Origin: Ministeria vibrans ATCC 50519
Lineage: Eukaryota > Protista > Filasterea
Length of the DNA: 60,722 nucleotides
Reading direction: 5' to 3'
Assembly (NCBI GenBank): GCA_943704425.1
Contig: CALSCP010000313.1
Span: 108,249 to 168,970, forward strand
The notes under the pieces were generated by a model. The model was not told the origin of the DNA, did no database searches, and worked only from the letters and a program-made list of their open reading frames with translations. Positions 1 to 14,000 of the stretch are shown one piece after another. Numbering within the stretch: position 1 is the first letter of the stretch; every line of letters begins with the position of its first letter. The translations under genes and the position numbers were made by a program.

Positions 1-79
<79 letters not shown>
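1..79. repeat. (CT)n microsatellite, intronic in WDR37, runs off the window start
   Basis: Perfect CT dinucleotide run seen directly. Confidence 0.97.
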
Positions 80-82
<3 letters not shown>

Positions 83-143
83 CTTTGTTTGTGTTTCTCC
101 CTCCCTCCTCTCTCTCTCTCTCTCTCCCTCGTTCTTTCTGTAC

Positions 144-1134
144 AGGCTGGTCGTGACCACGCAGTATCTGCAGCTGCCGGCCCTGACGTGTGTCCCACAG
201 CATCACTGTCCCGTCCCACGACCCACTCGCCACCCGCTCACTACAACCGTCAGAATCACCATTACCAACCCCTTGATTCCTTTCTCCCTCTCACACTCTT
301 AAGTACCCGTCGGAGAACCACTCGGCCGCAACCACAGGAGCGGTGTGGCCCTCAAACGTCGCCAAGTGCGAAGTACGCGGCGCCGCCTCTGTGTCTGCTG
401 CACGCCGCGACGACGACGTTTCAAGGCTAGTAACATCGCTTGCAGAGCCGGCACGTGCACGTCCCATCAAACTCAGTTGTGTCGACGCGTCGGGCGCCGT
501 GAGAGACGGCGATGTCCACAAGTGCACAGTGCCGTCGCCCGACGCTGTACACGCCTGCGAGCCGTGCAGTCGAATCGAGTTGACGCTCCCCCGGTGGCCC
601 GTGTACGTACTCACACACGCACCCGATAGCACGTCCCACAAGCGGGCCACACCGTCCGCTGACGCGGTGCCCACAATCGCAGGATTCTGTCGATGACTAC
701 TCACCTGCACACATCAACACAAAATAAGCGCTCCCTCCTCGTCGCCCGACGTCTGCTCCTACCTCCCAGGCCCCATCGGGAAGACTCAGTCGCGATACAA
801 CTGTGCACGGCGCAGCCTTGGACTTGCTTGCACCCGCAAGGCGTCGCGTCGGATTCTTGAAACTCACACGACTTCGTCGACTGGCATTTCCGCCAAACTC
901 GTCCTCTGCCATTGCCGGATTGGACGCACTTCGACTTCGCCCGTTTCCACTTCCACCTGCGCCCCCGCCTGCCTGGCCCAGCGCGGCTTCCAGCTCGCGA
1001 ATCCGCTCGCGCAACAGCGAGTTCTCATGCAGCACCCGATTGAACTCCTCGGCAATTCCCGAAAAGTGCGCCCCTAGCCGTTTGTGAATGACATAGTCGC
1101 GCTCCGCTATCGTTGCCGATCCTTCCGTCAACAT
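144..1134 (-). CDS. WDR37: WD repeat protein 37-like, 3' truncated by window edge; exons 1134-763, 704-307, 240-144
   Basis: N-terminal coiled coil FSGIAEEFNRVLHENSLLRERIRELE, then WD40 repeats GTASADGVARLWD, YTGHRGSVNSIR, TASGDGTVHLW, GHTAPVVAAEW, ASGSWDGTVMLWD in WDR37 order. GT-AG introns keep the frame. Confidence 0.85.
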
Positions 1135-1291
1135 GAAAAGCTAAGAAAGAAAGTAGTTTCTTTTTTCAATTTTTGATGTTTCTGGAGTGAGGAATCTGGA
1201 CGGAATCTAGCAAAAGAAAGGCAACAAAGGTTTTGGACTTTTGGTTTATTATAATTATTATTATTATTTTTGTACTCCCCATTAATTTAAT

Positions 1292-2840
1292 TTATACATT
1301 CGAATGGACAGTTCGGTACTCTAAAAAAATGTCACGCGCAGTGAGAAGGGAGGTGGTGAGGAGGGGTCCTGTGAGCACACCGACGGGCCCAAAGGCAGAC
1401 ATGCCAGCCGGAATGGCAAGACCCACGATGTAAATGTGCGCGGGAATGGCACCGTAGAGCAGCGGCGTCAAATACCACGTGGTAGCCATACAGACGGTGA
1501 CCGCACACGCAAGAGTCGAATAGGCACCGTCGACGTAAAGCGCAATGCAGACGGGCGCGTACACGAGCCAGCTCGACGCGACCGGAATGATGGCAAGGAA
1601 GCCCGCCACCACCGACAAGAGCACGACGACAGGGAACCCCGTCAGCGTGAGCACAAGGAAAGTTGTCAGCGCATGCGCAGCGCCCACGAGCACCGTCGAC
1701 TGCACAATGCGCAAGACTGACTTCTGCACCCCCCCCAGAAGCCGAGCCGTGTCGCGTCGAGGAAGGGGCGACAACGCTCGCAACTGAACCAGCAGTGGCT
1801 GCTTAAATACCAGCATGTAGTACAATGCTGGGTAGAACACGATAAGCGACGTCACAAAATTGCTCACGTTCTGTGCCACTCGTAGGGCACTGGTGAAGAA
1901 GGCCGATGCATTTGCGCTCGCCAGACGTACCAGCTCCAACGGATCAAACGCCCCACTGCTGCTGCCCTCAAGCAGACCAAACATCTCCACGGTGTCAGTG
2001 ATGCGCGCATGCACATCCGCGATCAGACTCGCGTGGTGTGACACATACACTTGTGCGTGTGCGGTGAGACTAGCCGCGTCGCGCGCACACGCACGTAGCA
2101 CAAAGTAGATGGGAAAGAGTGACAGGAGAAACACAAGGAGACTCATGAGCAACGCCGATGTGTAAATAGGCGCAATGCGTGCCATGACTAGGCAGAGTAT
2201 GCTCGCCACAAGTGTGCCGAACGCCGCACTTGTCAAGTCAGCATGACTGGTGGACATGAGCACACTCACACTCGTCGCGGAGACGGCAACGAGAAACCCC
2301 CGGGCTTGCCAGTACAGGCGAAGTTCGCAGCGGACACGGGCAATGATCGCCAGCAGTCTGGTGTGCACACGGTCGACGCAGATGGCCGTGTACGCCGCAA
2401 ACAGCAGCGGCGCAAAGACAAGTTGCAACATGACAAAATTGAAGTACACCAGAGCGACAAACAGAGCCGCAATCGTTCCGCGCGACAGCCATGAAAAGGT
2501 CGTGACGGTATTCACTTGTTGTAACTGTTCGAGGCGTCTCAATTTTGCCCTCTTCACCGAAAGAAAACGTTTTGTTGTTCAACTTTGAACTTGTCTCTCT
2601 CTTCTTTACCTCTGTGAGTCTCTGCCACGCCGAAAAAACGTAACGTTTCGCTTGAAGGTTCCCACCCGTCATAATAATGTGTCTGTCCAAGCCGCCTTCC
2701 GTTGCGGCGGCCATGGGTGTTTGAGAGTCGGCCGGAAAGGGTTTGGAGTGCAACGGCGTCGCTGTGCCCGCCACGTCCCCACGCTCCCTTCTTCTCCTTC
2801 CAGGTGATTTGGTTCGTGACGGTGACGGAGATCGAGGCAT
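1292..2840 (-). CDS. TMEM245: TMEM245 / AI-2E (UPF0118) family multi-pass membrane protein; exons 2840-2610, 2551-1292
   Basis: Many hydrophobic helices; family-like segments FYPALYYML, GFLAIIPVASSWLVYAP, GLAIPAGMSAFGPVGVLTGPLL. Confidence 0.75.
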
Positions 2841-2924
2841 AATAGCATAAAAATAAGGTTATTAAGAATCAATCAGTCGTCAAAAAATGAAAAATCATAT
2901 ACATATTACAATCACAATTTTTCA

Positions 2925-4642
2925 ATGCTCGCTGATTTTATCGCCTCGCAGTGCACAGCACTAGCGCAATGGAAAGGATGGGGCATTGAAAAAGATCTGA
3001 CGATCAGTGTGCACTCCACACACGGAGGGTAAGCGTATCTGTTCCAGTGTGCAGCCATTTCATCCCCTCGTCCTCTCTCTCTCTCTCTCATCCACGCAGC
3101 GGTCTTGCGTTCAACGACGGACCACACGACCGTGTTGTGTTCAAGGTGCCGTATGCGCACGAAACGCTGCTGTGGGAGTTTATCTTTGAGGCGGCAAACC
3201 CCTCCAGTGTGCCCGACATGGTGTTCCACGGCGATGCGGCGTACGTCCCGTCGCGCCGCGTCACACGCGCCCTCTTCCAATGGGACTCCACCACCCACGC
3301 GCTCTTGCCGATTTTTGAGGCGCTCTACACGGTACGCATCTGGTGGAAACAAAGCGGATTCGCTGAGTGTGTGTATGTGTGTGTGTGTATCTGTGTCCTT
3401 TTCTTTCCTTTTGCAGGATTTTACTCTCTTCCAGCTCGCACAGGCACGCGACGTCGAACACCAACGACTACAAATGGACCTGAACGACACTCATCAGCTT
3501 GCCGACAACGTCGAAGTCTTGGTCCGTCCAGTACCGGTGCCCATCGATGCTGCGTACAACCTCGCCTCAGGAGACATTGTGGGCGCCGATCAGGCGTCCA
3601 TGACCGCCTCTATTGCTGCCGCCAAGGCCGCAGGGCGAGCGTCCACCATCGACTCGCTCGACTCGCGAATTGCCGCCGGCGGCTCGGGTCTTGCCACCGC
3701 CTCAAATGTCTCCGTGTCGCTCCTCATCAGAGTCCCTATGCAGCTTGCAGGTCTTCCTCACTACCACGCCGCCACAGACGACACGCGCGTCTCGTGTGCC
3801 GTCCGCGCCTTCTACTCCTTTGAGCATGGTGCATGGCAGGCGCCCAACGAGCGCCAGGCGACTATTAAGTCTCAGGTGCTCATGAGCCGCCACGCCGTCA
3901 CACTCATGCGCGCCTCCATCACACACATTGTCACCACGGCAAAGTTCACTCTCAACGACACCCTTGCACAGTATGCGGTTGCCGTGGGGCGCGACGTCAA
4001 CGAACGCGTGCAACTCATGCAAACGTCCCACCGTGCCTGTGTTGCCTTCATTGGCACCGCCCTTGGTGTCTTCGCGGCAGACCTCGTCGAGGCTGACCTC
4101 ACGCACTACCGCTCGCTCGCCTTTGTCGCTCAGGTTTCTCCCAACACATCTGCCCATCAGTCGGTCGTTGTCATCATCTCGCTTCCCGACGACTTTCCCA
4201 CCGCCTGCCCCCTTCTCACTCTCCAGTCATCCTTCTACTCCGAGAAGGGTCTCCTCTACAAGCGCGACTTCCGCAACAATGCCGACGCCTCTCTCGGCTT
4301 TCCTTACTCGCCCCGCTGGGACCCTACCACCATCACCGAGCGCATCAAGTACGTGTCACATCCAACATATCCAGTTTCAGAGAGAAAGTAGAGAGAAACA
4401 ATCAAGAGTGATGGAAAACAATCAAAAGTGAGGGAAAGACTGTGGAAAATTGCATGTAATCCTCCTGTCCAAAACAAACTCAAACACCATTGAAATGTCA
4501 CTAATAATATGTCTTGTTATTATTCTTTCTAATTATGACACACCTCTCACTGCCACTCTGTAGAGAGTGGCTCCCCACCATTCTACCATGCTTTATTGCG
4601 GACGCAAAGGCAAAGTTTGCCGAAGAAATTCGAAGGAAGTGA
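2925..4642 (+). CDS. BABAM2: BRISC/BRCA1-A complex member 2 (BRE/BRCC45); exons 2925-3028, 3100-3331, 3417-4348, 4564-4642
   Basis: DRVVFKVPYAHETLLWEFIF...P...PD and ISLPDDFPTACPLLTLQS...FPYSPRWD match the two UEV-like halves of BRE. Splice phases are consistent; last exon gives KEWLPTILPCF. Confidence 0.88.
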
Positions 4643-4922
4643 ATTCACCCACCAACCACCCACCTCCGATTACCACCATCTACACCACACACATTGTACT
4701 ATAAAGCTAATAATGAATAAAAATCGTTCCTACTGCCTCCCTCCCTCTCGAATTAATAAAAAGATTAAGATTGATCATTTTTTGTAATTTTTCGTACACC
4801 TCTTCCCTTTCCATCTCAAACACCTCTCTCTCCATCTCCTCCTCCTCTTTCTCCTCCTCTCTCTCGCTAATAGTCTCTCTCTAGCTAATAGTCTCGCCTC
4901 GGCTACCAAAATCANNNNNNNN

Positions 4923-5008
<86 letters not shown>
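4923..5008. repeat. (CT)n microsatellite next to an N gap
   Basis: Seen directly. Confidence 0.95.
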
Positions 5009-5009
<1 letters not shown>

Positions 5010-5024
5010 GCTAATAGTCTCTCT

Positions 5025-8000
5025 CTAGCTAATAGTCTCGCCTCGGCTACCAAAATCAACAGCAGCCACCGTCGTAACACGAAGCGGCTGAGCCCCATTC
5101 GTAGATGTGTTAGGTCGCACGTGCGCCTGCGAGTACATATCGCTGACAGCGCTGTCGACGGCCGGCGTCGGGACAGGCTGACGTACATCCGAAAGAGGCG
5201 CATAGTCGTCGTTGGCCGACGACGGCGTTGGGGCTGGCTGGCGTGCCTCCGATAGCGGCGCATAGTCGTCGGCGACCGACGACGGTGCGCTCGTCTGATA
5301 CACATTGGATTCGAGGTCAATTTGGTCACGCAGATGTGATGGGTCCTGGTAGTCTCCCGTAGCCGCGTTGGGCGTAACAGTCGTCTGGTATGACTGAGAG
5401 TCAAACGACCGCGCCTGTCCCGTGCCTATACCAGTGTACACGGGCGCTTCCGCACCACCGCTCACCGAACTGTACGCCGTCGGCATAGACGGTCGCAACG
5501 TCGTCGGCTGATACGACTGGCTCGTAAACGACTTGGTCGTCGCCACGTCTGCATAGACGTCGCCCCCGACCTGCACGCCGCCCGCAAGCCCAGAGTACGC
5601 ATTCGATGGGCCGTCGCGTGACATGCGCTCCGCTCCTTCGTACTGCGATGCCGCCTGACCGCGCGTCTGGCTGGCCGTGCTGTAGCCCAAGCCAGAGGCA
5701 ACGTGGTCGTACGACGACTCACTCGCATTGTCGCCTTGCCCACCAAACCGCGCGTAGGCCGACTGGCTCGCACCCGAATCACCAAACGGCGCAAAGCTCG
5801 CGTCGGACGCGGGTGTTGTGTCGTACACACTCGATGCCGCCGCCGTGCTGCCGCTGGCACTTAGGAAGGGGTTTGCCTTGGGCTGACGCGACTTTCCACT
5901 CGAGACAATCAGTCGCGTTTGGCTCGAGCCCGAGTCGGCTCGGAACACCGGATTGGCCACCGAACTCGAACCACGCCCGCCACGCAACGAACTAGTGCTC
6001 TGGCGATTGGGTGCAGTAGTCGTGCTCCTCAGTGTGTTGTGGTCGTACATGTCCTCCGCCTGCTGTGCATCCACAAAGAGTGCGTTGATTTGCGAATCTT
6101 CGCTGGCCGTCATCGTTGCCGCCGCCTTGTCGTCGTAGTACTTGCCAAAGCCCAGAGACGACGTGGAAACCATCGAGTCCGACCGCACCGGAGTGATTTC
6201 ACGTTTCGCCTGCGAGTTGCGCCGACGTCGCCACAACACCACGAGCACAATCAAGAGAATAACCACGGCAACAGCCACAATCGCTGCAATAATAGGCAAG
6301 CTCGACGACGAGCCCGACGACTGACCACCCGTCCCACCCCCTCCGCCGGGCTGATCCAACGCATCGCTGTCCGTCATCACTGCAAGCGCATACGTACCTG
6401 TCTGTCGTGTGAGACACGTTACACTCTCGCTGCTCCCCGCGAGACGCTTCGAACCCGACGGAGTCCATGAACCACTCGAGGGACTCCAGCGCACACAACT
6501 GATTGTTTGGCCTGCGGGCACAGTGCTGGCCGTCGTATTGCTCGTGATGGGCAGGGTCAATTGAATACCGTACTCATCCATGTCGACGGGCACGCTCAAT
6601 TGCGGGCTGGCCGTGTCACGCAGAGACACGTCGTAGTAGTCGGACACAATGGTACGCGTCGACGCCACAGCTTCGGGGTTGCTCGTGAACACAAGCCAAA
6701 TGGCGGCCAGGGAACAGCCTGAAGTGGTCGAGCAGCTCGTTGCCGACGATACCGTCTCAATGAGCTCATCCGCGTCAAAGAGAGCACGCGTATTGCACGT
6801 GCCCGAGTGCGACAGGGCACAGAGACCCGCATAGTCGACCACGTTGTTGAAGGGTGCAGTCGCATACACAACGGCGCGTCGTCGGCCTGTCGCTGTGCTC
6901 ACAGTGGGCGTCGCTGTGCGCACGCCGACAAGAAGGCGCGTCATACCTGCGTCCACTACCAGAGGCATCACACCTGGCGGGAGAGTAGCGGCAACACTGG
7001 CGCCCACATCACGCATGCTAGCAATTACGGTACTCGTCGTTGTCGTCGTCGTCGTTGTCGACGACGCCGCGCGAGCCAAATGAAGACTCAGTGGTCGCAT
7101 CAGCTGACCGGCCAGGTCCGTGTCAAAAGGCGACGCACCGCTCACTTGCCATGTGTCCGCGTCTGTGAAACGCGCACGCGCCAGCTCAATAGCCTCGTAC
7201 GAGGCATCAAAGGTTGCGTCGGCAATACACTGGGACGTGTACTCGAGCGCCGCGCCGACAAACGCCGTGAGACGACGCGAGCTCATCTCGCCCTCGCTAA
7301 TGGTCACCGAGTCCAAAGTTGCCGTCGAACCACTCACCACTACCTTGTTGAGCAACTGTTGGGCAAGCGCGACCACACTGGTGTGTGCACACGCATCGCC
7401 TACTGTCGTGTCCCAATAGGCGTTCAGCGTGGCAAGCGCCGCCACAAACTCACTCAAGGCCACCTGAACATTGCCCGACGACGCAAGCTGTGTCGTGGTG
7501 TTGGCAGCCACCTCGCTCGCGTACGCTGCTACACTCGCCTCGGCGGCGGCGGTACTCACACCGCTTGACGCAACCATGTTGTCGGTGCGCACCGTTACGC
7601 TTGAGTCCGATACCGCTCGAGAGCCAAATCGGTTGGTGATGCGCGCGCGCACAGTGACTGTCGTGCTCGACTGATCGGTCGGGCTCGGCAACAGCGACGT
7701 GATCGTCGAGTCCTGTGACTCGCCAGGTAATGGGATCCACGCATCGCGTGCGCCCACAAATCCAAACGAGAATGAAAGAGGTGCATTGTCGGGCGAGTCA
7801 ATCCAGCCGCTCGCCGTCAGCGTCGACTGCGAGAGAAGTGCAAAAACATCGCTGGTTGGCACCGTCACGGAGCCAGTCGATGGGCTGTTGCGCGTCGGCA
7901 GCGACGTGGACGCAGTCACCGACCCAAGCTGATCGGTGACCGTGATGGCAATGAGGTAGGTGACGCCCGGCGAGAGCACGTCAGCACGCAAACACAAGGT

Positions 8001-11000
8001 TGCCATCTCCCGCGTGAACCCCGTGCAGTAAATGCTCAAGTCAGACATATCAAGTGCGGCAGCGCCTGAGCCTGAGTTGCTCCACTGCGTCAGGAGCGTA
8101 GCCGGAAACGACGACTCTATCTCCGTGTCCACAAACACACGTTCGCTCACGTCAACTTTGCCGTCGGCACCGAGACGCGGTACCACGCTCACAATGGGCA
8201 GCGCAAAGGTGCTCGCTGACACAATGTGCGTCGCGGTGGCAGTGCGCGTGTCGCGTGAGACCTCCACCTGGAAACGATATGATCGCAACGAAAAGAGTGA
8301 GTCCGCTGGCAAAGCCAAGACAGCCTCGTTGCGCACGGGAACGACCGAACTGAAGGAACCCGCCGTCGTGAATGTGTTGTCACAGTCGATGCAGGTCCAG
8401 GCAAAGGTGCAAGGCGCACCGCCCGTGCCGTCGTTGTCGACACACTGCGCCGTCAGAGTGAGCGCAAACTGCGCTCCAATCGTAGTGGGGCCAATGATGG
8501 AGGCCAGCAGAGGCGTCTGCAACACCTCAAGCTGTTGCTGCGCCGATCCATACACCGTCGAGTCTGTGGCAAGCGTCGCCACTACAGAAAGTGTGTATGT
8601 GGCGGCACGAGCGAGCTCATTCGCACCGATGACAAGGATGGGAGCGGTCGCCGAGGCACCCAGCGGAATCGAGGGCTCAATAGACCACTGGTACAAGATG
8701 GATGAGGCATCGGCAATGCCAGTGCAAGACGACGGCAGCACCACCGACACGGAGAAGGAGTTGACAACGGAACGTGAGACAGCGGTGTTCGCCTGTGGAA
8801 ATGTCACGCTTGGCACAACTCGACTTGTCACGTTCATGTGTGTCACCACAGGCAAGCTAGAAGTGCCCAAAAAGTTGGTCACCACCAAAGAGATGGCGTA
8901 GCTCGTGTCGACCTGAAGCGCCGACGCAATGGGTACAGCCGTGAGCGGTGTCAATGCGCTTTGTCCGTCCAGCAGCGTCTGCAGCGCCCCACCATCGTCG
9001 GGCATCACACTGGTCACTTGCCACGCCAGTGTGACGGATCGCCCACCACTGCCGCTGTCCACAGCGTACGCCACCGTGGTGGCCGTGTCGCAGGCGCTCA
9101 CCGTGTCTGGCAGTCCAACAATTCGCACGACGGGCACCAGAGGTGGCACACTCGTGGCGCCGGCAGGCGTGTAGCCATCGACAGTGACGGAGCCACTCGC
9201 GGCAAACGAATAGGGTGTGCTCGCAAGGAAGAGAACACTTGGGTTGCGTCTAAGCACGAGGGTATCGTCGGGCATCAGGGTGCTCGTAGTGCTCAACGTG
9301 ATTTGCATGGTCGACAACGACGACCACCGACACTCGGCGGTCGCGCCGAGTTGCGTCGCCGCGTCCACAAACACGGCCGCGCACAGCGCCACAGTCAAGA
9401 AAGGACCGCCTTGAACACGCACGCTCACGTCGAAGACCACATCAACACGCAAGTAGTCGGGAGAAAACATAGCCGACGTGAGTGTGGGTGCGGGTGCAAG
9501 CCAGACAAGTCCAAGTGACAGCGAGGGCGCCGTCACAATGGTGACCGACACTCCATTGAGCGTGAGCGAAAGCGGCCGTGCCTGAGCCACGCCAATGGCG
9601 TCCACTGTGCACTCGAGACGCGTCGACGAGACACGCACCGCCGACGATGACACGATGGCGGAGGCGCCGTCCGACGCGACAAATTCACATGCCCAGACGC
9701 CAGTCGCGTCAAAGGTGCCATTCAGAACAATGACCACCGAAGTGCCAATGGATGTGACCAAAGGAGTCTGCGAATTGACAAACACCGTCACAACGGGCGG
9801 TGTGCCGGGTGTCGGAGACGGAGAGGGCGCGACCGTGGGTGCAACGGAAGGAAGCGGAACACACGAGGTGCGATCCGTGCCCAACTCGGTGGTCGGGTCA
9901 GGACAGGAGCACACAAAGCCAAACGGTACATTGGTGCAGGTGCCTTCGCAGCCGGCGTTCGCACACAGGTCGGGCAAGGCACATGCACTGGCACCGTCCG
10001 ATGCCAGACCCGATCCCTGGTAGCCGGGTGAACACGAGCACAGCACATGACCGTCCGTGTTCGTACACACCTGTGCACATCCACCATTCGCCGTTTGACA
10101 CTCGTCCACATCAACACATAACACCGAACCGGTCCACAAGCCCGAGCTGGCGCAAGTCACGCCCGTGTCGCCAGGCGACTGCAACACATAGCCATCGTCG
10201 CACGTGGCCGCACACACGTCTTGAAAGACGCCCGTCGAGCAGGCGTACGAGCCGTGGACAAGTGTGGGCACAGTGCCACACGATTGGCGAGCGCACGATG
10301 CAACGGGAGCGGGCACCAGCAAACCGGTCGCGTCGCATGTGCTTGTCAACGTGGCCACATTGGTCGCGGCAAACACATAGCCGGCGGTGCACGTCCAGGT
10401 GACCATCTCGCCAAAGGCAAGCGCCACGCCAATCTGCTGCGAAGACGAAGCACTCGTCACAAGCGGTGTGATTCCGCACGAAATAGGCAGACACGAATCG
10501 CCCGTCGAAAAAGCGCCCGTGTGCGTGCAGTTGCGCTCAATAAAGGTCGGGCCGCCCAGAACGCCGGTCGTCGTGTAGCCTGTGAGGCACTCGTACACAA
10601 TCTCGCCCGTGTACGAGATTGTGTCAACAGCCTTGGGGGAAACGAGACGCGCGTTGCTCTGGACCGGTGGCACACCGCATACAATTGCCTCGCACAGCGG
10701 GACAAACGAGGCAAACGAGCCCGACGATTCGCACGCCACAGAAAAGGTTGTCAAGCCTGTCGACTTGATTTCGTAGCCCATGTCACACTCATACTGCACC
10801 ATGGTGGGATAGATGACGTTTGGGGCGCCAGGTGCACTTACAATAGAGGCCAGACCGGCCACGGGAGGGATGCCGCAGCGCACAGCGGTGCAAGTCTGAA
10901 CGCCCGTCAGCTGACCGTTGGTCTGACACGTCGCGTTGAACGTGGTGTGCGTTGCGGTGTAGCCCGCAGCGCACGTGTAGGTAGTGCGATCATTGAACAG

Positions 11001-14000
11001 CAGAGGTGTCGTGCCGGTCGAGATGGCTGCATTGGAAACAACGGTGGCAGCTCCACACGAAATGGGGTTGCAGCTGGCCGAGGCCGGACCAAAAGTGCCG
11101 TCGGCATCGCATGTGCGGTTGAACAGAATAGCGCCGCCGAAAAGACCACTTGTGGTGTGGTACGACTCACAGTTGTACTCGGCAATGGCCGGGTACGAGA
11201 CGGGAATCGAAGGAGACAGAGCGGTCGCATGCGATTCGCTGGGTGGCAAACCACACGAGACCGGCACGCAGCCAACAGTGGAGGCCGACACGGTACCACC
11301 GGCGTTGCACGAGCGCGTAAACTCGGCGAGTTCGCCTGCCACACCGGTCGTGGTGTAGCCCGATTCACACGTGTACACAACACTCTGACCAAACGAAAAG
11401 GTGCCTGAAAGGCTTGCGGTGGCATACTGTTCGGTGGGAATGGCCCCACAGGCTTGCGGCATGCACATGCCCGGGGTCGAAAAAGTGCCGGACAAGTCAC
11501 AGTGCACGTCGAAGGAGCGATCGCCCGTCACGCTCGAGTCATTCGAATAGCCCGACAGACACGTGTACGTGACCGTCTGGCCGGCAGTTTGCACACGCGT
11601 GTCCTGTGCCTGAGCATTGGCCACAGTGGGAGGCACGCCGCAAGCAATGGCCTCGCAAGTGCTGTTGTCTGGATGGTCAAACTCGCCACTGGCAAGACAT
11701 GTACGCTGGAAAGTGGAAGCGCCAAGTGATGTGCCAGTCACCGAGAAGCCTGGGTTACACGTGTACGTGACAGATTCGGTAAATAGCACATTCGCCGGAT
11801 CGCCTGAGGTGGTCGCGACGGCCGACGCCATGCTGGGCGTCGGGCCGCAGTTGACGGGCTGGCAAGAGATGGGCGAGCCACCTACCCACTGCCACTGGCT
11901 ATTGGCACACTCACGAGCGCGCGCGGTGCCGCGGTAGCCCGTCACACAGGTGTAGTCGCATGACTCGCCGTGTGTCAACTGGTCACTCGTGCAAGTGCGT
12001 TCGACATGTGAGACGTCTGCGGGGGGTGCACCACACGACGTAAGGTCGCAAGCAAAGTCACTGTTGGTGTAAGTGCCGTCAATTTGGCAAATACGCTGCG
12101 TGTGGTTCGACGAGGGCGCGTAGCCGTCGTTGCAGGTGTAAGTGCAGCCTGAGCCAACCTGCGCACCGGTACAGATCGAGGTGGAGTCCGACACGGCGGG
12201 TACGGAGCCGGGGCATGACACAGTAATGCACGCTTGTACATTGAGAAACTGTCCGTTGGGGCCGCACGTGACGGTAAAGGAGGTGCGTTCGCTCGACACA
12301 AGCGACGGGGTCGGAAGACCGTCGGTGGTGTGACCGGCGGCACAGTAATAGACCGTGGAGTCGTTGTAGAATTGAGGGGCACCAAGGCTAATGGATGATG
12401 CGGACTTGATCGAAGGGAGCGTGCCACAGAAAATGCGAGTGCACACTTGCAACGGGGTGTACGTGCCGTCGGACTGACATGTGATGGAAAAAGTGCTGGC
12501 ACCGTCGACCGTGCCGGTAACGGTGAAGCCCGGGGCACACGTGTAAGCCACGTTCTGGTTATAGGTGACGGCTGTCGCGCTCCACGACGCGTCTGCAGCG
12601 GTCGGCGGCACACCACACGACACGGGAGGACACGTCGCCGAGGTGGTAGTAAGCATACCGTTGGCCTGACACACGCGTGAGAATGTTCCATCGACATTGC
12701 CACCGATCAGGGTGTACCCTGAGCGACAAGTAAAGCCAACAGCCGTGCCAAACGACGCGGTACTCGCCGTGGTGAGTGCTGTCACGGATGTTGTGTCGGC
12801 AGGAACGGGACATTGTACAGGCATGCACACACTGGCGCCCACATCGAAGGTACCGTCGGTCTGGCAGTTGACAATGAGAGGCGCCACATCACCCACAGTG
12901 CCGGAGAGGGTGTAACCCACATTGCAGGTGTAGGTCGCCGTCTGCGGGTACACCAGCGAGCTGCTACTCGCTCCGGAGCTCACAGTGGTGAAGTTGGCGT
13001 TGGGAACGGCGGGCGCACTACCGCAAACAATAGGCTGACAAGAAGCACCGGCGTTGGACCACGACTGATCACTCCTGCACTCGCGCGTGTACTCGACATC
13101 CGTGCTGCCGCCCACGACAAAACCAGCAAAACACGTGTAGGTGACAGTTTCTCCAAACACCTTGGTAGTGAGCGAACTTTCAGAAGCAGCAGGGTCATTT
13201 GGTGTCGATACGCACGCCTGCGGTGTGCAAGTCAAGGCCGAATTCGACCAAGACCACGAACCGGTTGAGCACGTTGCCGTGGCCGGAGACACTCCCACCA
13301 AGGCAGTGTAGCCTACAGCACAAGTGTATACACAGTTGTCACTCGAGGTGGCAGCGGTGCATGCCACGTCGGCGTTAGCCACAAAAAAGGGGTCTGGGCA
13401 GGCGGTACGAATGCACGCGAGGCCAGTGTTGTTCCATGCGCCCGTCGACTGACACACGCGACGCGTGTCCGCTGTGGTCGCTTCAAAGCCGGATTCGCAG
13501 GCGTAGGTACAGGTGTCGCCCTGTTCGAGCGAAGCTGGCGTGCACACTGGCGCGGCAGCATTGCCGACGGTAGGTACAGCATCGCAAACTCGCACGTTGC
13601 AACCAACAACGTTGCTGTACACGCCCGTATTGGTGCACAGCGCAGTGAAGGTGGTGACGGACGAGCCGAGCGTGTAGCCGGCGTCACATGTGTACACCAC
13701 GGACTCGCCGGCGTTGCGGGGTGTTGTGCTTGCGGCTGCCGTGGCATGGGCAGCAAGAGGTGGTACATTACATGAGATGATCTGACACGAGCTGGTCGCC
13801 GAGAAGGTACCCGAGGCAAGACAAGTGATGCTAAAAGTGGTCGCACCCGAGGCGGTACCGGTGAGCGAGTAGCCCGAATCACACGTGAACACGGTTTGTT
13901 CGCCAAAAAACGCGGATGCGCCAGGGCTCGTCGCGTGCGTCGAGCTGGGAGGAAACCCACAGGAGATTTTGGTGCACTGAGAGGTACTTGTCGAGAAAGA

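Noticed and set aside
2841-2924. Very short divergent spacers (also 25380-25515 and 36606-36711) as evidence of operon-like clusters
   Set aside because: The paired genes are functionally unrelated; general genome compaction explains it.
4865-5058. Duplicated segment (…GCTAATAGTCTCGCCTCGGCTACCAAAATCA) on both sides of the N gap
   Set aside because: Typical scaffolding overlap at a gap beside a microsatellite, so probably an artefact. It makes the exact end of the giant receptor slightly uncertain.
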